From: Escherichia phage vB_Ec-G1
Strand: one strand, 5' to 3'
DNA: 64,000 nucleotides
Sequence record: PQ433349.1
Shown: positions 44,889 through 54,106 of the stretch, piece by piece
Layout of the letters: every line of letters begins with the position of its first letter
Numbering within the stretch: position 1 is the stretch's first letter
Program-made: the position numbers and the translations under genes
The notes under the pieces: generated by a model
The model's input: only the letters and a program-made list of their open reading frames with translations
Database searches by the model: none
Told to the model about the DNA's origin: nothing

Positions 44889-45228
44889 GCATGATATTTG
44901 GGAATTGTCGCTGCGTGGACCTGACGGCCCGAAAATTCGCGTTAAGCACTTCTTACGTATGCGCCATGATTTTTGCCATATGATATTGATTCTATTAGAT
45001 ATTCTTGCCATGATTGCCATGAAACAGGGTGTCCCGAAATAATCTCTCCCCGTAGATATTTTGGGTTACTTTTTATACAAGAGTGGGGTGTCAAAAATAA
45101 TCGGTATATATGGGATAATTGATAGGAATCCCCTATGATAATTCGATTGTAATTCCCTAAGATTGATCGTATGATGTTGGTGATTGATGATTGCCATGAA
45201 AGATGGCTAACGATGAGAGGAGATTGTC

Positions 45229-45603
45229 ATGCAAGAGAGTAAAAATGTTCCGTTGAGTAGTGCAACATTGCTTCGCTTCTATAAAGCATGGATTGCCAAC
45301 TATCCTGCAATGAATCGCACAACGAGTGGCTTATGTGGTTGTCTGGTAGATTATGTAAATGATTTTGTTGGTGAGACAACCAGAGAAGAAGATAGAAGAT
45401 GGCGGGATAGTTTGTTGGACCGTTTGAAATATGAAATGAGGAAACAATTTACATGTGCAGGGCTGGACTATAATCTTCCGTTCAATGCAGATTGCATGGA
45501 TTACCTTTCAGAGTGTATAAACTTGGCGTGTCATACCAACACGTTACGTCTTCAGTGGGTGAAAGACAGAATTGAAGATGCAAATAATGCTTGCATTGAA
45601 TAA
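45229..45603 (+). CDS. hypothetical protein, member of 5-copy paralog family
   Basis: 124 aa; shares FY..W...GLC, LPF and R..WVKDR pattern with four other ORFs. Confidence 0.55.
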   Translation: MQESKNVPLSSATLLRFYKAWIANYPAMNRTTSGLCGCLVDYVNDFVGETTREEDRRWRDSLLDRLKYEMRKQFTCAGLDYNLPFNADCMDYLSECINLACHTNTLRLQWVKDRIEDANNACIE

Positions 45604-45652
45604 AGATGTTTGTATAATGGATGACATAACAGATAGCCAATGAGGAGATGAA

Positions 45653-45862
45653 ATGAAGAATTTGAAAACTGTCACAATGTTCTTGACTGATCCTACACGT
45701 GTGCAAGCACTGGCTAAAGCCAGCCGTGTAGCTGTAGAATTCCAAAACTTTAAGCCGTCCGTTGTGACAGGCAGTGAAACGTGTGTTATCGATTTCATTA
45801 ACGAATACTTCCGAGGGAATCCGGTTGGTCGTTACTTCATTAAGGGTCTAAAGGATGCATAA
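45653..45862 (+). CDS. hypothetical protein (69 aa)
   Basis: Track ORF with GAGGAG RBS. Confidence 0.5.
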   Translation: MKNLKTVTMFLTDPTRVQALAKASRVAVEFQNFKPSVVTGSETCVIDFINEYFRGNPVGRYFIKGLKDA

Positions 45863-45863
45863 C

Positions 45864-46085
45864 ATGAAACGCATGAAAATTCGTATTGAGAATGATGGTG
45901 GTTATAAAGGATTGGCACATGCAAAATTTCCACTTGTGCTGGAAGCTACGGTGGAATACAGTGGGCTTGCTCATGTGCGATTCTCGAAGATGATGGAAGT
46001 GCAGGAATGGTTTTGGGACGAGATAGATGCACGAGAAGGGGAAGATTATGTTTTCCTTCCTCACGAATATGAAATTGTTTATTAA
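45864..46085 (+). CDS. hypothetical protein, paralog of 50474..50695
   Basis: Track ORF trimmed to ATG; shares MKIR..., EWF(W/E), EG.DYVF motifs. Confidence 0.5.
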   Translation: MKRMKIRIENDGGYKGLAHAKFPLVLEATVEYSGLAHVRFSKMMEVQEWFWDEIDAREGEDYVFLPHEYEIVY

Positions 46086-46097
46086 AGGTTGTGTGCA

Positions 46098-46337
46098 ATG
46101 ATCACACCACAACAGAATGAAGCAGCAATGGATCTTCTTGATAGTTTGTATTTCGATAATTGGTACTCTGAATGTGAATGGATGAATATGCAAACTCTGA
46201 AAGAGAAGACAAAAGCGTTGATTACAGTAGATCAATTTCTTGCAGAGACGGAAAGAATGAATTATGATATGGTATCTCGCGCACGACGCGTTTCCATTTT
46301 CAATAAAATGTTAGCATTATGGGGAGGTAGAAAATGA
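46098..46337 (+). CDS. hypothetical protein
   Basis: Track ORF 46089..46337 trimmed to first ATG. Confidence 0.5.
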   Translation: MITPQQNEAAMDLLDSLYFDNWYSECEWMNMQTLKEKTKALITVDQFLAETERMNYDMVSRARRVSIFNKMLALWGGRK

Positions 46338-46795
46338 GACAACCATCTATACTGGAAGCGCATGTGCAATGTGTTGTAGATTATGTCAAAGAACACTCAA
46401 GTTTGTTGAATGTAACCTGTGCAGTGCAAAACGATGTAGGTATTGTCTGTGTGCAACATATCTTATCTGAAACTCGTTATGAAGTATTTCGTGCCACGTT
46501 GTTTGGATGTGATCGAGTGCATGTAAACTTCCTGGACTCCAATTATCGTTATGCTTTAGAAAATATTGATGATTATCTTCCTTGCTCTCCGACAGGATAT
46601 GTAATGGTAACAGCAAACGAAGTAACACCGAGCAACAGTGAACAGGAAGCTTTGTTACGGAAGAAAATACGCCAACTGCAAGTGTTGAATGAACTGAAAG
46701 AAGAGATTGAAAAAGAACTAAAAGAAGATTTTGGTATGCTTCCAAAAGACGCTTTGAAATGGTATGATGAGTTAGGAGGAGAGAACAATGTTTAA
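46334..46795 (+). CDS. hypothetical protein (153 aa)
   Basis: Track ORF. Confidence 0.55.
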   Translation: MRQPSILEAHVQCVVDYVKEHSSLLNVTCAVQNDVGIVCVQHILSETRYEVFRATLFGCDRVHVNFLDSNYRYALENIDDYLPCSPTGYVMVTANEVTPSNSEQEALLRKKIRQLQVLNELKEEIEKELKEDFGMLPKDALKWYDELGGENNV

Positions 46796-47246
46796 AGAAG
46801 GTCATGTCTACCGTTTCCAGGATGAGGATTATATGCGATTATATTCTACCTTTGATAACAGTATTGCTGCTATCATTGGAGAGAATTTTTTCGAGGTGTT
46901 GAGCACTGATGCAAATGGTAATATCTTGTCAATGGTTGTGATAGGTATGAGAGATGGTATTATCACTGCTAGTGATGGGGATCGTTACATAATCAATTCT
47001 GCTCATATAGATTATTTTGTTGACGGCGGTGTTCGTGGTGGTCGTGGAAAACCACAAGAAGAACCTATTGATAAAACAAAAGAAGAGTGGTATGTTGTAA
47101 TGACTGGTGACACGTGTATTTCTGGATCTCAAAGTTATGAAGAAGCTTTGAAAGAGGCAGCAGAGCATAAAATGTCTAATCCTACCGAAGAGGTTGAAGT
47201 TTATAAACGTTTGGTTGTTGCTACCATCGGCGTATCTTTTGTTTAA
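46788..47246 (+). CDS. hypothetical protein, tandem MFK-family paralog 1
   Basis: 152 aa; N-terminal MFKEGHVYRF and C-terminal EEALKEA...VEVYKRLVVATIG shared with next gene. Confidence 0.55.
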   Translation: MFKEGHVYRFQDEDYMRLYSTFDNSIAAIIGENFFEVLSTDANGNILSMVVIGMRDGIITASDGDRYIINSAHIDYFVDGGVRGGRGKPQEEPIDKTKEEWYVVMTGDTCISGSQSYEEALKEAAEHKMSNPTEEVEVYKRLVVATIGVSFV

Positions 47247-47258
47247 AAGGGGAATGTT

Positions 47259-48044
47259 ATGTTTAAAGTAGGTTTTGTTTATAATTTCAAATCGGAAGAT
47301 ACCAAAAATAATTTTGGTAAAGCTAGTATTCGTAACGCTTTCTTTGTAGGTTGCATTCAAGACAGTAAATTTAAAGTTTTGGATGTTGATTTTCTTGGTT
47401 CTGTGTCCAAGGTGAAGGTATTAGACACAAATAAAATCATCGAAGGTGGTTCTGGGCTTTTCCCTGAAGGTTATAAGCTTGTAAGTTGTATGGATTATGC
47501 TCGTTTTGAAGAACATACCCCTGAAGATTATGAAGATTCTCCTACAGGGGGCTGTGTCTTTGTAGAAGGTGGTGTCTATAAGTTTGCAAGTGAACAAGAT
47601 CGTAAGCTTTTCGCCAATTATATTGACGGCGGACAAACGACAAACAATGTAAACCGAAAAATTTCCGATCTTATTGGCGATGATCCTTTCGTGATCACAA
47701 AGATGGTTGGACAAGATGTAACAGCAATCCGTAGGCTTGTATGTAATACAAATCATGTAGCAGGTGAAGGCTGGTTCAAGGAAGCTTGTGCACTGCTAAT
47801 CAAAAGTGATAACCCTTATTTTAAAAATATTAAAGATGCTGTTGAGCCTAAACAAGAGGAACCCGCAGCGAATTTTAAACACTATGCTATTGTTAAAGGT
47901 ATGAATGTCCAACTGGTGTCACATTCTTACGAAGAGATCGCCACAGAAGCAAAAAAGATGAAGGAAGAATACCCAATTTCTACTGTTGAGATCTATGAGC
48001 GTATTGGTGTTGTTACTATTGAGCCTACTGCGGTAATAAAATAA
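47259..48044 (+). CDS. hypothetical protein, tandem MFK-family paralog 2
   Basis: 261 aa; MFKVGFVYNF start and YEEIATEA...VEIYERIGVVTIEP C-terminus. Confidence 0.55.
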   Translation: MFKVGFVYNFKSEDTKNNFGKASIRNAFFVGCIQDSKFKVLDVDFLGSVSKVKVLDTNKIIEGGSGLFPEGYKLVSCMDYARFEEHTPEDYEDSPTGGCVFVEGGVYKFASEQDRKLFANYIDGGQTTNNVNRKISDLIGDDPFVITKMVGQDVTAIRRLVCNTNHVAGEGWFKEACALLIKSDNPYFKNIKDAVEPKQEEPAANFKHYAIVKGMNVQLVSHSYEEIATEAKKMKEEYPISTVEIYERIGVVTIEPTAVIK

Positions 48045-48053
48045 GGAGTTATT

Positions 48054-48491
48054 ATGTTCAAAGTTAATGCTGTTTACTGTTTCAAAAGTAAAGCTGCCTG
48101 TGAAGCTTTCTCTATGATCTCTGATGAAAATTTCAAAATGGCAGCTTTGATTGAAGGGTCTTGTTTCCGCGTCGAGGATGTTAGTGAATCAGGGTCTGTT
48201 TGCTCATTGACTTTATTGGACAGCGGGGATATTATTGAAGCTGGACAGTATCCGTTCAGAAGTTGGGAGATATTGTTAGCTCGCGGAGAGCGTAACTTTT
48301 TTATGTGCGTGTCTGCGGGGGAAGTTGTGAAAGAAACTAAGGATGTTTCTGTTTACAATTCTGAATTTATAAGTTATAGTGAGTATCAACATCTGGAAGG
48401 CATTGTTGGTCACTTGTTATCTCTGATTGACATTGAATGTGACCTGCCTGAATCATTGAAAGAAGAGTTGAAAGCATTAGATCTGTTATAA
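48054..48491 (+). CDS. hypothetical protein, tandem MFK-family paralog 3
   Basis: 145 aa; MFKVNAVYCF start. Confidence 0.55.
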   Translation: MFKVNAVYCFKSKAACEAFSMISDENFKMAALIEGSCFRVEDVSESGSVCSLTLLDSGDIIEAGQYPFRSWEILLARGERNFFMCVSAGEVVKETKDVSVYNSEFISYSEYQHLEGIVGHLLSLIDIECDLPESLKEELKALDLL

Positions 48492-48518
48492 TGTTTCGCA
48501 CAACGAAAGGAGAATAAG

Positions 48519-48818
48519 ATGAATCTGACCGAACAGTTACGCCGTATTGCAAAAGAAGCTTCCTTCAACTTCCCTGTTGAAGAAGTGATTGAGACATGTT
48601 TTGCTGAAGCACGAGCGGGAAACTCTTCAAGAAATTTCACGCCATCTGATTTTGGTCTGGATAATTCCCCTACCCACCCAGGGGAGATCTACAATCAGGT
48701 GAAGTGGATGGATGAAGCAGTAGCAATTCTTCGTGAGCGTGGGCTTATTGTTTATAAAGAAATGGATCTGAACGGGGCATACGAGTGGATCACTATTGAT
48801 TGGTCGGAGGTGAAATAA
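48519..48818 (+). CDS. hypothetical protein (99 aa)
   Basis: Track ORF with AAGGAGA RBS. Confidence 0.55.
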   Translation: MNLTEQLRRIAKEASFNFPVEEVIETCFAEARAGNSSRNFTPSDFGLDNSPTHPGEIYNQVKWMDEAVAILRERGLIVYKEMDLNGAYEWITIDWSEVK

Positions 48819-49027
48819 TGGTTACTATCACGTTGACAGTTACACAAGAGCAAGCAGAAGAATTACGTGATGCACTGGCATATATGGGACGCTGTTATTA
48901 TATGCCTCACAAATCTCAAGATGTTTTTGCTACAGCCGTTGAGAAAGCTTTAAACAAATACCGAGAAACTCATGCCGTTCCTAAAGTATCAGCAGAAGAG
49001 TTTGGCACTTGGCACGAAGTTCACTGA
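48818..49027 (+). CDS. hypothetical protein
   Basis: Track ORF 48800..49027 trimmed to ATG after GGAGGTG RBS. Confidence 0.5.
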   Translation: MVTITLTVTQEQAEELRDALAYMGRCYYMPHKSQDVFATAVEKALNKYRETHAVPKVSAEEFGTWHEVH

Positions 49028-49037
49028 GGAGGTTTCG

Positions 49038-49271
49038 ATGAAAGGTAACAAGATGAAAGTTAATCAAGTGCCGAGCGCATACACTTTGTGGCTTGCGCGA
49101 GCGTTACACCAGACGATCAAAGACCCTAAGAAGCCAATGAAGAGTGGGAAGAAGTTTATGTCTAAGGGCAAAACAACCTTTGGCTTCACTCGTATGTCTG
49201 TTAAGATGAAAAGGCTGGGGTATAAGCCAAACTACGCTCGTTACCCTTCCGAATACAACTGGTTTGATTAA
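49038..49271 (+). CDS. basic hypothetical protein
   Basis: Track ORF 48972..49271 trimmed to ATG after GAGGAGG RBS. Confidence 0.5.
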   Translation: MKGNKMKVNQVPSAYTLWLARALHQTIKDPKKPMKSGKKFMSKGKTTFGFTRMSVKMKRLGYKPNYARYPSEYNWFD

Positions 49272-49286
49272 AGAGGAGAACAAAAC

Positions 49287-49571
49287 ATGAAAACATCTAT
49301 TCGCGTAAAACATGATCCAAACAGCAGTTACCCATATGTGTATGTTGAACGTCATGAAGGGGACTATTACACCATAAAACGTAAAGTCCCAACTGATACA
49401 GGGTTTAACTTTGATGTTATTGCACTGGATGATCAAGGTGTTGATAATCTGGTAAATGCATTACTCGCATTGAAGGAAGTACGACATGAAAATCAGACTA
49501 AAGGTAAAGTGGCTTTCGATTCTTGTGATCGTTTAGCCGAAGAGATTGCCGAATGGCGTGATACTCACTAA
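49287..49571 (+). CDS. hypothetical protein (94 aa)
   Basis: Track ORF with AGAGGAGA RBS. Confidence 0.55.
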   Translation: MKTSIRVKHDPNSSYPYVYVERHEGDYYTIKRKVPTDTGFNFDVIALDDQGVDNLVNALLALKEVRHENQTKGKVAFDSCDRLAEEIAEWRDTH

Positions 49572-49586
49572 AACAGGAGAAAGATT

Positions 49587-49763
49587 ATGGCTACTTTTCA
49601 ACAACTGAAAGATGTTTCACGTTTAGTAAGAAAAATCCGAGAAGCAGACGCTGCTGTGCGGAATGCATTAACGCCAGCAGAGCGTGAAGATCTTGAAGAG
49701 GAGGTGAAAACAGCCGAGAATGCTTTTGCTGCGTATCTTTCAACACTGTATACAGGAGGTTAA
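49587..49763 (+). CDS. small hypothetical protein (~58 aa)
   Basis: Below track cut-off; CAGGAGA RBS; fills gap. Confidence 0.4.
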   Translation: MATFQQLKDVSRLVRKIREADAAVRNALTPAEREDLEEEVKTAENAFAAYLSTLYTGG

Positions 49764-50078
49764 ATGTCAGAAGAACTTAAAGAATTTTATCAGGCATATC
49801 ATAACTGGCTGTTAGCTGGTGCTCCAGATAATAATCCTTTCTGGCATGATAAAGGATTATGTAGTTGCCTCTACCTTTGGACTGGAGGTTATGATGATCT
49901 AAATTATGAAATGCAAATGCAATTCCGTGAGGCAGGATTGTCTGAAGAATACCCGTTTGATGACGGAGACTGGTTTAAATATGATTTTGCACAAAGAAAC
50001 GGGCTGCTACATTTAAATGCTGCCCGTATAAAATGGGTAAAAGATCATGCTACACAGGAGGATGTGCAATGCCTATAG
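49764..50078 (+). CDS. hypothetical protein, member of 5-copy paralog family
   Basis: 104 aa; FYQAYHNWL...GLCSCL...R..WVKD pattern. Confidence 0.55.
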   Translation: MSEELKEFYQAYHNWLLAGAPDNNPFWHDKGLCSCLYLWTGGYDDLNYEMQMQFREAGLSEEYPFDDGDWFKYDFAQRNGLLHLNAARIKWVKDHATQEDVQCL

Positions 50079-50269
50079 TGTTTGTTTTCTTGGCAATTGT
50101 TATGGTTGTTCTTTTCGCCGCATGGCTTTGGGATTTTGACCCAGGAGCCGCGCAGCAAAGAGCTACAGACTTGAAAGAACAATGTATTGTGCTCAAACAT
50201 GAACGAAATGCGGAGAAATTTCTTGACCTGGAGTGTGATCGCCTTGTAAGATACAAGCAAGATAAATAA
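50069..50269 (+). CDS. small membrane protein
   Basis: Track ORF 50033..50269 trimmed to ATG after AGGAGGA RBS; N-terminal transmembrane helix. Confidence 0.5.
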   Translation: MPIVFVFLAIVMVVLFAAWLWDFDPGAAQQRATDLKEQCIVLKHERNAEKFLDLECDRLVRYKQDK

Positions 50270-50283
50270 CTTTGAGGTGCAAA

Positions 50284-50472
50284 ATGGTAATTGAGATTAA
50301 ACTTGAATATGCTGGGGCTGTTGCCTTGATCGCACAAATGCTTGGAGCAAAGATTGAAGAAGTGTATATCAACGCCTGGAGCGTAGAGATTGATGTTCCT
50401 ATGGACAACATTGCTAATCGCTTGCTGGTGGCAGAGTGTGAACGCACCAACATAATCTACAAAGGAGCATAA
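50284..50472 (+). CDS. small hypothetical protein
   Basis: Track ORF 50272..50472 trimmed to ATG after GAGGTG RBS. Confidence 0.45.
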   Translation: MVIEIKLEYAGAVALIAQMLGAKIEEVYINAWSVEIDVPMDNIANRLLVAECERTNIIYKGA

Positions 50473-50473
50473 T

Positions 50474-50695
50474 ATGAAAATTAGAGTTTGTGATGTATTG
50501 GGTTATGTTGGTTTTGAGAATGTTCAGATTCCTTTTGTTGTTGAAGCACATCTTGTTAGTGAGGATATGACAACATTCTTTGTTACGATAGAAGAAATGT
50601 CTAAAGTTGAGGGATGGGAGTGGTTTGAAGAAGATGTTTGGGAAGGTTGTGATTACGTATTTTTCTCTGACGAAGTGAATGTTCTTGCGGAGTAG
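50474..50695 (+). CDS. hypothetical protein, paralog of 45864..46085
   Basis: Track ORF; shared motifs. Confidence 0.5.
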   Translation: MKIRVCDVLGYVGFENVQIPFVVEAHLVSEDMTTFFVTIEEMSKVEGWEWFEEDVWEGCDYVFFSDEVNVLAE

Positions 50696-50697
50696 GT

Positions 50698-50904
50698 ATG
50701 TCTTGTTTTACAAAAGCAGTGTCCATATGTAAGAAACAGTATGAAAGTGATTACGGAATATTTAATATTCCAGTAGATCATACAGTGTATTGTTCATGTG
50801 GTGGCAGAATGAAGAAAACAGTGATTTATGCGGATAATGGAGATGAACTTGTTCCAGTTATGGTTTGCAAAGCTTGTCATTCTGTTAAAACATTAAAAGC
50901 GTAA
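50698..50904 (+). CDS. small zinc-ribbon-like protein
   Basis: 68 aa; CSCGG...CKACH cysteine pairs. Confidence 0.45.
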   Translation: MSCFTKAVSICKKQYESDYGIFNIPVDHTVYCSCGGRMKKTVIYADNGDELVPVMVCKACHSVKTLKA

Positions 50905-51000
50905 GGAGTCGGGACACCCGACGATTGGAGCTAAAAATTTTGCGTACAACCCTTTCCGCCCAACAGGGGGCGCATCGGGTAAACAAAGAGGAGAGTTTAT

Positions 51001-51399
51001 ATGAAAAAGATTATCGTAGGTTTATTGTTACTCATTGCATCTCTTGGAACAGCGAATGCATCTCAAGTTTATGAGTGTGTATCAGACGTAGTTGTTAAAA
51101 ATCTGAAAGGTGAAGTGATTTCTGGTCCTAAGAAAATGGCTTCTGTTGTCATTAATAAAGACAACTCCTTTATCCTTAAAAATTCGGGTGGTGCTTTGAT
51201 GAGCGGTATTCTTCAAAACACAGGAGGAAAGAGTAAAGATGGAAGTTCTATGTACGGTTCACAGCAGTTTATTGGCACTACCGAAGTTGTGATGATGCGC
51301 ACAGAGTATCGAGATACTTTAGCTTGGTTTGCATTTCTAAAAAATGATAAAACAATAACGAATGTTCTTACTCTAGAAGCTGATTGTACGCAACGATAA
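51001..51399 (+). CDS. secreted hypothetical protein
   Basis: 132 aa; signal peptide MKKIIVGLLLLIASLGTANA. Confidence 0.55.
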   Translation: MKKIIVGLLLLIASLGTANASQVYECVSDVVVKNLKGEVISGPKKMASVVINKDNSFILKNSGGALMSGILQNTGGKSKDGSSMYGSQQFIGTTEVVMMRTEYRDTLAWFAFLKNDKTITNVLTLEADCTQR

Positions 51400-51409
51400 G
51401 GGGGGATTT

Positions 51410-51856
51410 ATGACTAAAGTGAGGCATTACGCTGTAAACTGCAACGATGCTTGGCGTTTGTGTCCTGATGATCCGACAGAAGGCACATTTGTAAGATATG
51501 AGGATTATAAAGAGTTATCGGATGCTGTGATCGCATTGTTAACTGATATCCGTTCACGTTATCCAGGACAAGATTTCACTTGCCCTCACATCAAACTTCT
51601 TGCTTGTCTGGTAGAAGGTGAGAAAGAAGTGGAAGATGGCTTCAAGTGTGTAGAGTATCAAGGTGAAACTTTAGATGTTCCTGAATTTGTTAATTATATT
51701 GCAACAGATTCGAGTGGCGAGCGTTATGGCTACAGCCATAAGCCAGAGATTCCTGATTGGATTCCCGCTTGGAGATATTCCGTTAGTACCGGAGACTATA
51801 TCTTCCTTGGTGTAGGTAGTAGTAAGGATTGGCGTTTCTCTTTGACAGAGGTTTAA
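51410..51856 (+). CDS. hypothetical protein (148 aa)
   Basis: Track ORF. Confidence 0.55.
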   Translation: MTKVRHYAVNCNDAWRLCPDDPTEGTFVRYEDYKELSDAVIALLTDIRSRYPGQDFTCPHIKLLACLVEGEKEVEDGFKCVEYQGETLDVPEFVNYIATDSSGERYGYSHKPEIPDWIPAWRYSVSTGDYIFLGVGSSKDWRFSLTEV

Positions 51857-51860
51857 TAAT

Positions 51861-52124
51861 ATGGAAGAAACATTACCAGCAGCATATCGTTTGAATGATG
51901 AGCGTATTTGGGAGTGGACCGACGTTTCTTGTTTTTACCCTGAAATAGTTCAGTATTGGCGAGCGAAAGGGTGTGTTGTAGTTATCAACCCTTGTGGACC
52001 AGTGGATGAAGATTGCTTGTATCTCGATGGAAAGTGGCACAGTTATTGTCGCTGGCCTTTTGAGTGGATGTGTAAAGAAGATCTCCCAGAGGGTTGGGAG
52101 TATCCAAAAGCAAATAGGAGATAA
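51861..52124 (+). CDS. hypothetical protein (87 aa)
   Basis: Track ORF. Confidence 0.5.
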   Translation: MEETLPAAYRLNDERIWEWTDVSCFYPEIVQYWRAKGCVVVINPCGPVDEDCLYLDGKWHSYCRWPFEWMCKEDLPEGWEYPKANRR

Positions 52125-52125
52125 T

Positions 52126-52488
52126 ATGTCTAAAGATTTTGTTGAAGTGTTTGTCAAAGATGAAGAAACTGGTTTAGGCACGGGTTTCATTTGTGAAGAA
52201 ACTTTTAAACGTGAACAAGAAAAAGCTATCCTTATGCGAAACTATGATCATGCATTAGAACAATGGAAAAATGCAGAACAAAAATGCAAAAACCTTTATG
52301 CAGAAAATAGAAAACTACAAGATCAAATGGAGTTGTTAGCTATCAGTTTACGATCTCTCATTTTGGCTGTAGAAGATGGTTTTAAAAATCCAGATGGTTT
52401 TCCTGTGAGCGATATTGAACATGATTTGTATCTTGCTCGTGGTGCTTACTTTTATGTTAAACAGAAGTCTGTAGAAGGAGAGAAGTGA
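52126..52488 (+). CDS. hypothetical coiled-coil protein
   Basis: Track ORF 51994..52488 trimmed to ATG after AGGAGA RBS, avoiding overlap with upstream gene. Confidence 0.5.
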   Translation: MSKDFVEVFVKDEETGLGTGFICEETFKREQEKAILMRNYDHALEQWKNAEQKCKNLYAENRKLQDQMELLAISLRSLILAVEDGFKNPDGFPVSDIEHDLYLARGAYFYVKQKSVEGEK

Positions 52489-52685
52489 TGGAAGAAAAAC
52501 TGGAACGTATTATCGAGTTAGCCATGTCTATTGGCTACGACGATTGTTTTCTCCAAACTATCGGAGAAACACAGAACGATTACGACTCTTGGGTGAAAGA
52601 GTTGGAAGAACTCAAAACTTCCTTGATTGCTGACTTTGCTGAAGCAGAGGATAAAGCGGATCGTTACAACTATCTGTGTCGATAA
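52485..52685 (+). CDS. small hypothetical protein (66 aa)
   Basis: Track ORF. Confidence 0.5.
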   Translation: MMEEKLERIIELAMSIGYDDCFLQTIGETQNDYDSWVKELEELKTSLIADFAEAEDKADRYNYLCR

Positions 52686-52687
52686 AC

Positions 52688-52715
52688 CTTGACATTTCTT
52701 TTATGTATGGTATAC
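52688..52715 (+). promoter_or_regulatory. sigma70-like promoter
   Basis: TTGACA with TATACA about 16 bp downstream, upstream of 52747 gene. Confidence 0.4.
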
Positions 52716-52746
52716 ATACATTATCAACACAGATAAGGAGAGAAAA

Positions 52747-53091
52747 ATGATTAAACTTTTATGTGCAGAGTCTTCTGTCGAGTTCCTTAAGGAGGGTAAG
52801 CAGTATCTAGCTTCCCAAGTTATAGATAATCCAGGCTTGTTTTATATTACAGACGAAGAAGGGGATACCCTGTGTATCTCTTTGATTATGGATTGTGGTC
52901 GGTTCCATGTAATTGAGGATGACACTATTCGTCTCTTTGAGGTTTCCTATACAAAAGACAATGGTCCTGTCCGTAAATATCAAATTCCTGCAAAATCCGC
53001 CTTTAATGCATGTGTACGATTAGGTCAAATCTACGGGGACGATAAAGATTGTCGTGAAGACGTGTTTATCAATGTGATCGAGGTGGTGTAA
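52747..53091 (+). CDS. hypothetical protein (114 aa)
   Basis: Track ORF with AAGGAGAGA RBS. Confidence 0.55.
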   Translation: MIKLLCAESSVEFLKEGKQYLASQVIDNPGLFYITDEEGDTLCISLIMDCGRFHVIEDDTIRLFEVSYTKDNGPVRKYQIPAKSAFNACVRLGQIYGDDKDCREDVFINVIEVV

Positions 53092-53092
53092 C

Positions 53093-53365
53093 ATGAATAA
53101 AGATCGGTTTCTTTCTTTAGTCGCGGAAGCGCCTTTTGATGTTCTTGGGGTGAGATTATGGAAAGACAGAAACTATGGGTTAGATGTTCAAACATATTCT
53201 CTTTGGTTGGTTGGGGAGCACAGCTTAGATGAAAGCTTGTGCATGGGTAGGGATTCTCGTTCCCTCTGTTTAAAATTTAGAAGCTTAGAACGCGCAAACA
53301 AAGAGCAAGAAAAACTAACGAGGTGGCTAAATGAAAACAAGCGCAGGGTTGATGGAGTTTTATAA
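53093..53365 (+). CDS. hypothetical protein (90 aa)
   Basis: Track ORF. Confidence 0.5.
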   Translation: MNKDRFLSLVAEAPFDVLGVRLWKDRNYGLDVQTYSLWLVGEHSLDESLCMGRDSRSLCLKFRSLERANKEQEKLTRWLNENKRRVDGVL

Positions 53366-53657
53366 AATTTATCTAGCATGGATTGATGTTGGTGCTCCTG
53401 ATGGTAAACCTTTTCGGCGGGATTGTGGTTTGTGTGCCAACTTGTTCGATTATGTGCACAGAGGTAATTACAACCCCATTATAACAACCTTGTCAGATGA
53501 AATGCACGCACAGTTTTACCACAAAGGGTTGAGTCAAGGACTCCCTTTCAATGAGAACTACGATGCATATGTCTTAGAATCAGATGCAGAGGTATGTCAC
53601 CTGAACGTGGACAGGATTAATTGGGTAAGAGATCGTATTGCAGAGGAGGATGAATAA
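53331..53657 (+). CDS. hypothetical protein, member of 5-copy paralog family
   Basis: 108 aa; FYKIYLAWI...GLCANL...LPF...R..WVRDR pattern. Confidence 0.55.
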   Translation: MKTSAGLMEFYKIYLAWIDVGAPDGKPFRRDCGLCANLFDYVHRGNYNPIITTLSDEMHAQFYHKGLSQGLPFNENYDAYVLESDAEVCHLNVDRINWVRDRIAEEDE

Positions 53658-53884
53658 TGTCGGATTATAACTGGTATGAACTTGAGGCTGTTTGTCAGTT
53701 TTATGACTCAATAGTTCTGCGTGATCCAATCTGTCAAGAATTGAGTCGCCGTGCAAGTGCATTGGCAATCCGTGTTAAAATAAACGGTTGGAACGCAGAT
53801 TTGGAAAAAGAGTTGGAATTTCTCTTAGAAACAACACGTGTCTTCCACAAAGTGTTCCCTGAATGGTTCGAGATGGAAGAATGA
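53657..53884 (+). CDS. hypothetical protein (75 aa)
   Basis: Track ORF. Confidence 0.5.
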   Translation: MSDYNWYELEAVCQFYDSIVLRDPICQELSRRASALAIRVKINGWNADLEKELEFLLETTRVFHKVFPEWFEMEE

Positions 53885-54102
53885 TCATGTGGATTGTACG
53901 TCTTAAATATGATGGCCCTGATTCTTGGGTGCATAACGTTTGCGGTTGTGATTCCGAAGAAGCAGCACATAAAGCAGGAAGAGCAGTAAGTGCCTTCTAT
54001 AATGACAAACCTCTTTGTTTAGAAATGGCAGGTGTGGTTTGTATGAGCATGTTCGAATACTACTCTTACGAGATCAAAGAACATCAAGGCGAGTGGAAAT
54101 AA
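53881..54102 (+). CDS. hypothetical protein
   Basis: Track ORF 53863..54102 trimmed to ATG overlapping upstream stop. Confidence 0.45.
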   Translation: MIMWIVRLKYDGPDSWVHNVCGCDSEEAAHKAGRAVSAFYNDKPLCLEMAGVVCMSMFEYYSYEIKEHQGEWK

Positions 54103-54106
54103 ATCG

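Larger units (their letters stand above)
43721..45228. other. 1.5 kb ORF-poor, A/C-skewed region with palindromes and direct repeats
   Basis: No convincing ORF; perfect palindrome CTTGCAATAATTGCAAG; repeated GATTGCCATGAAA and GGGTGTC..AATAATC units; two Fur-box-like sites. Confidence 0.5.

Noticed and set aside
44848-45042. 64-aa ORF inside the 1.5 kb non-coding region
   Set aside because: No RBS, overlaps the palindromic operator-like site, unusual composition; more likely regulatory DNA.
45482-47756. Minus-strand track ORFs (45482..45745, 45544..45798, 45840..46235, 46386..46805, 46573..46788, 46929..47360, 47421..47756) within the plus-strand block
   Set aside because: All antisense to well-supported plus-strand genes with RBSs; Cys/His/Phe-rich translations typical of antisense frames.
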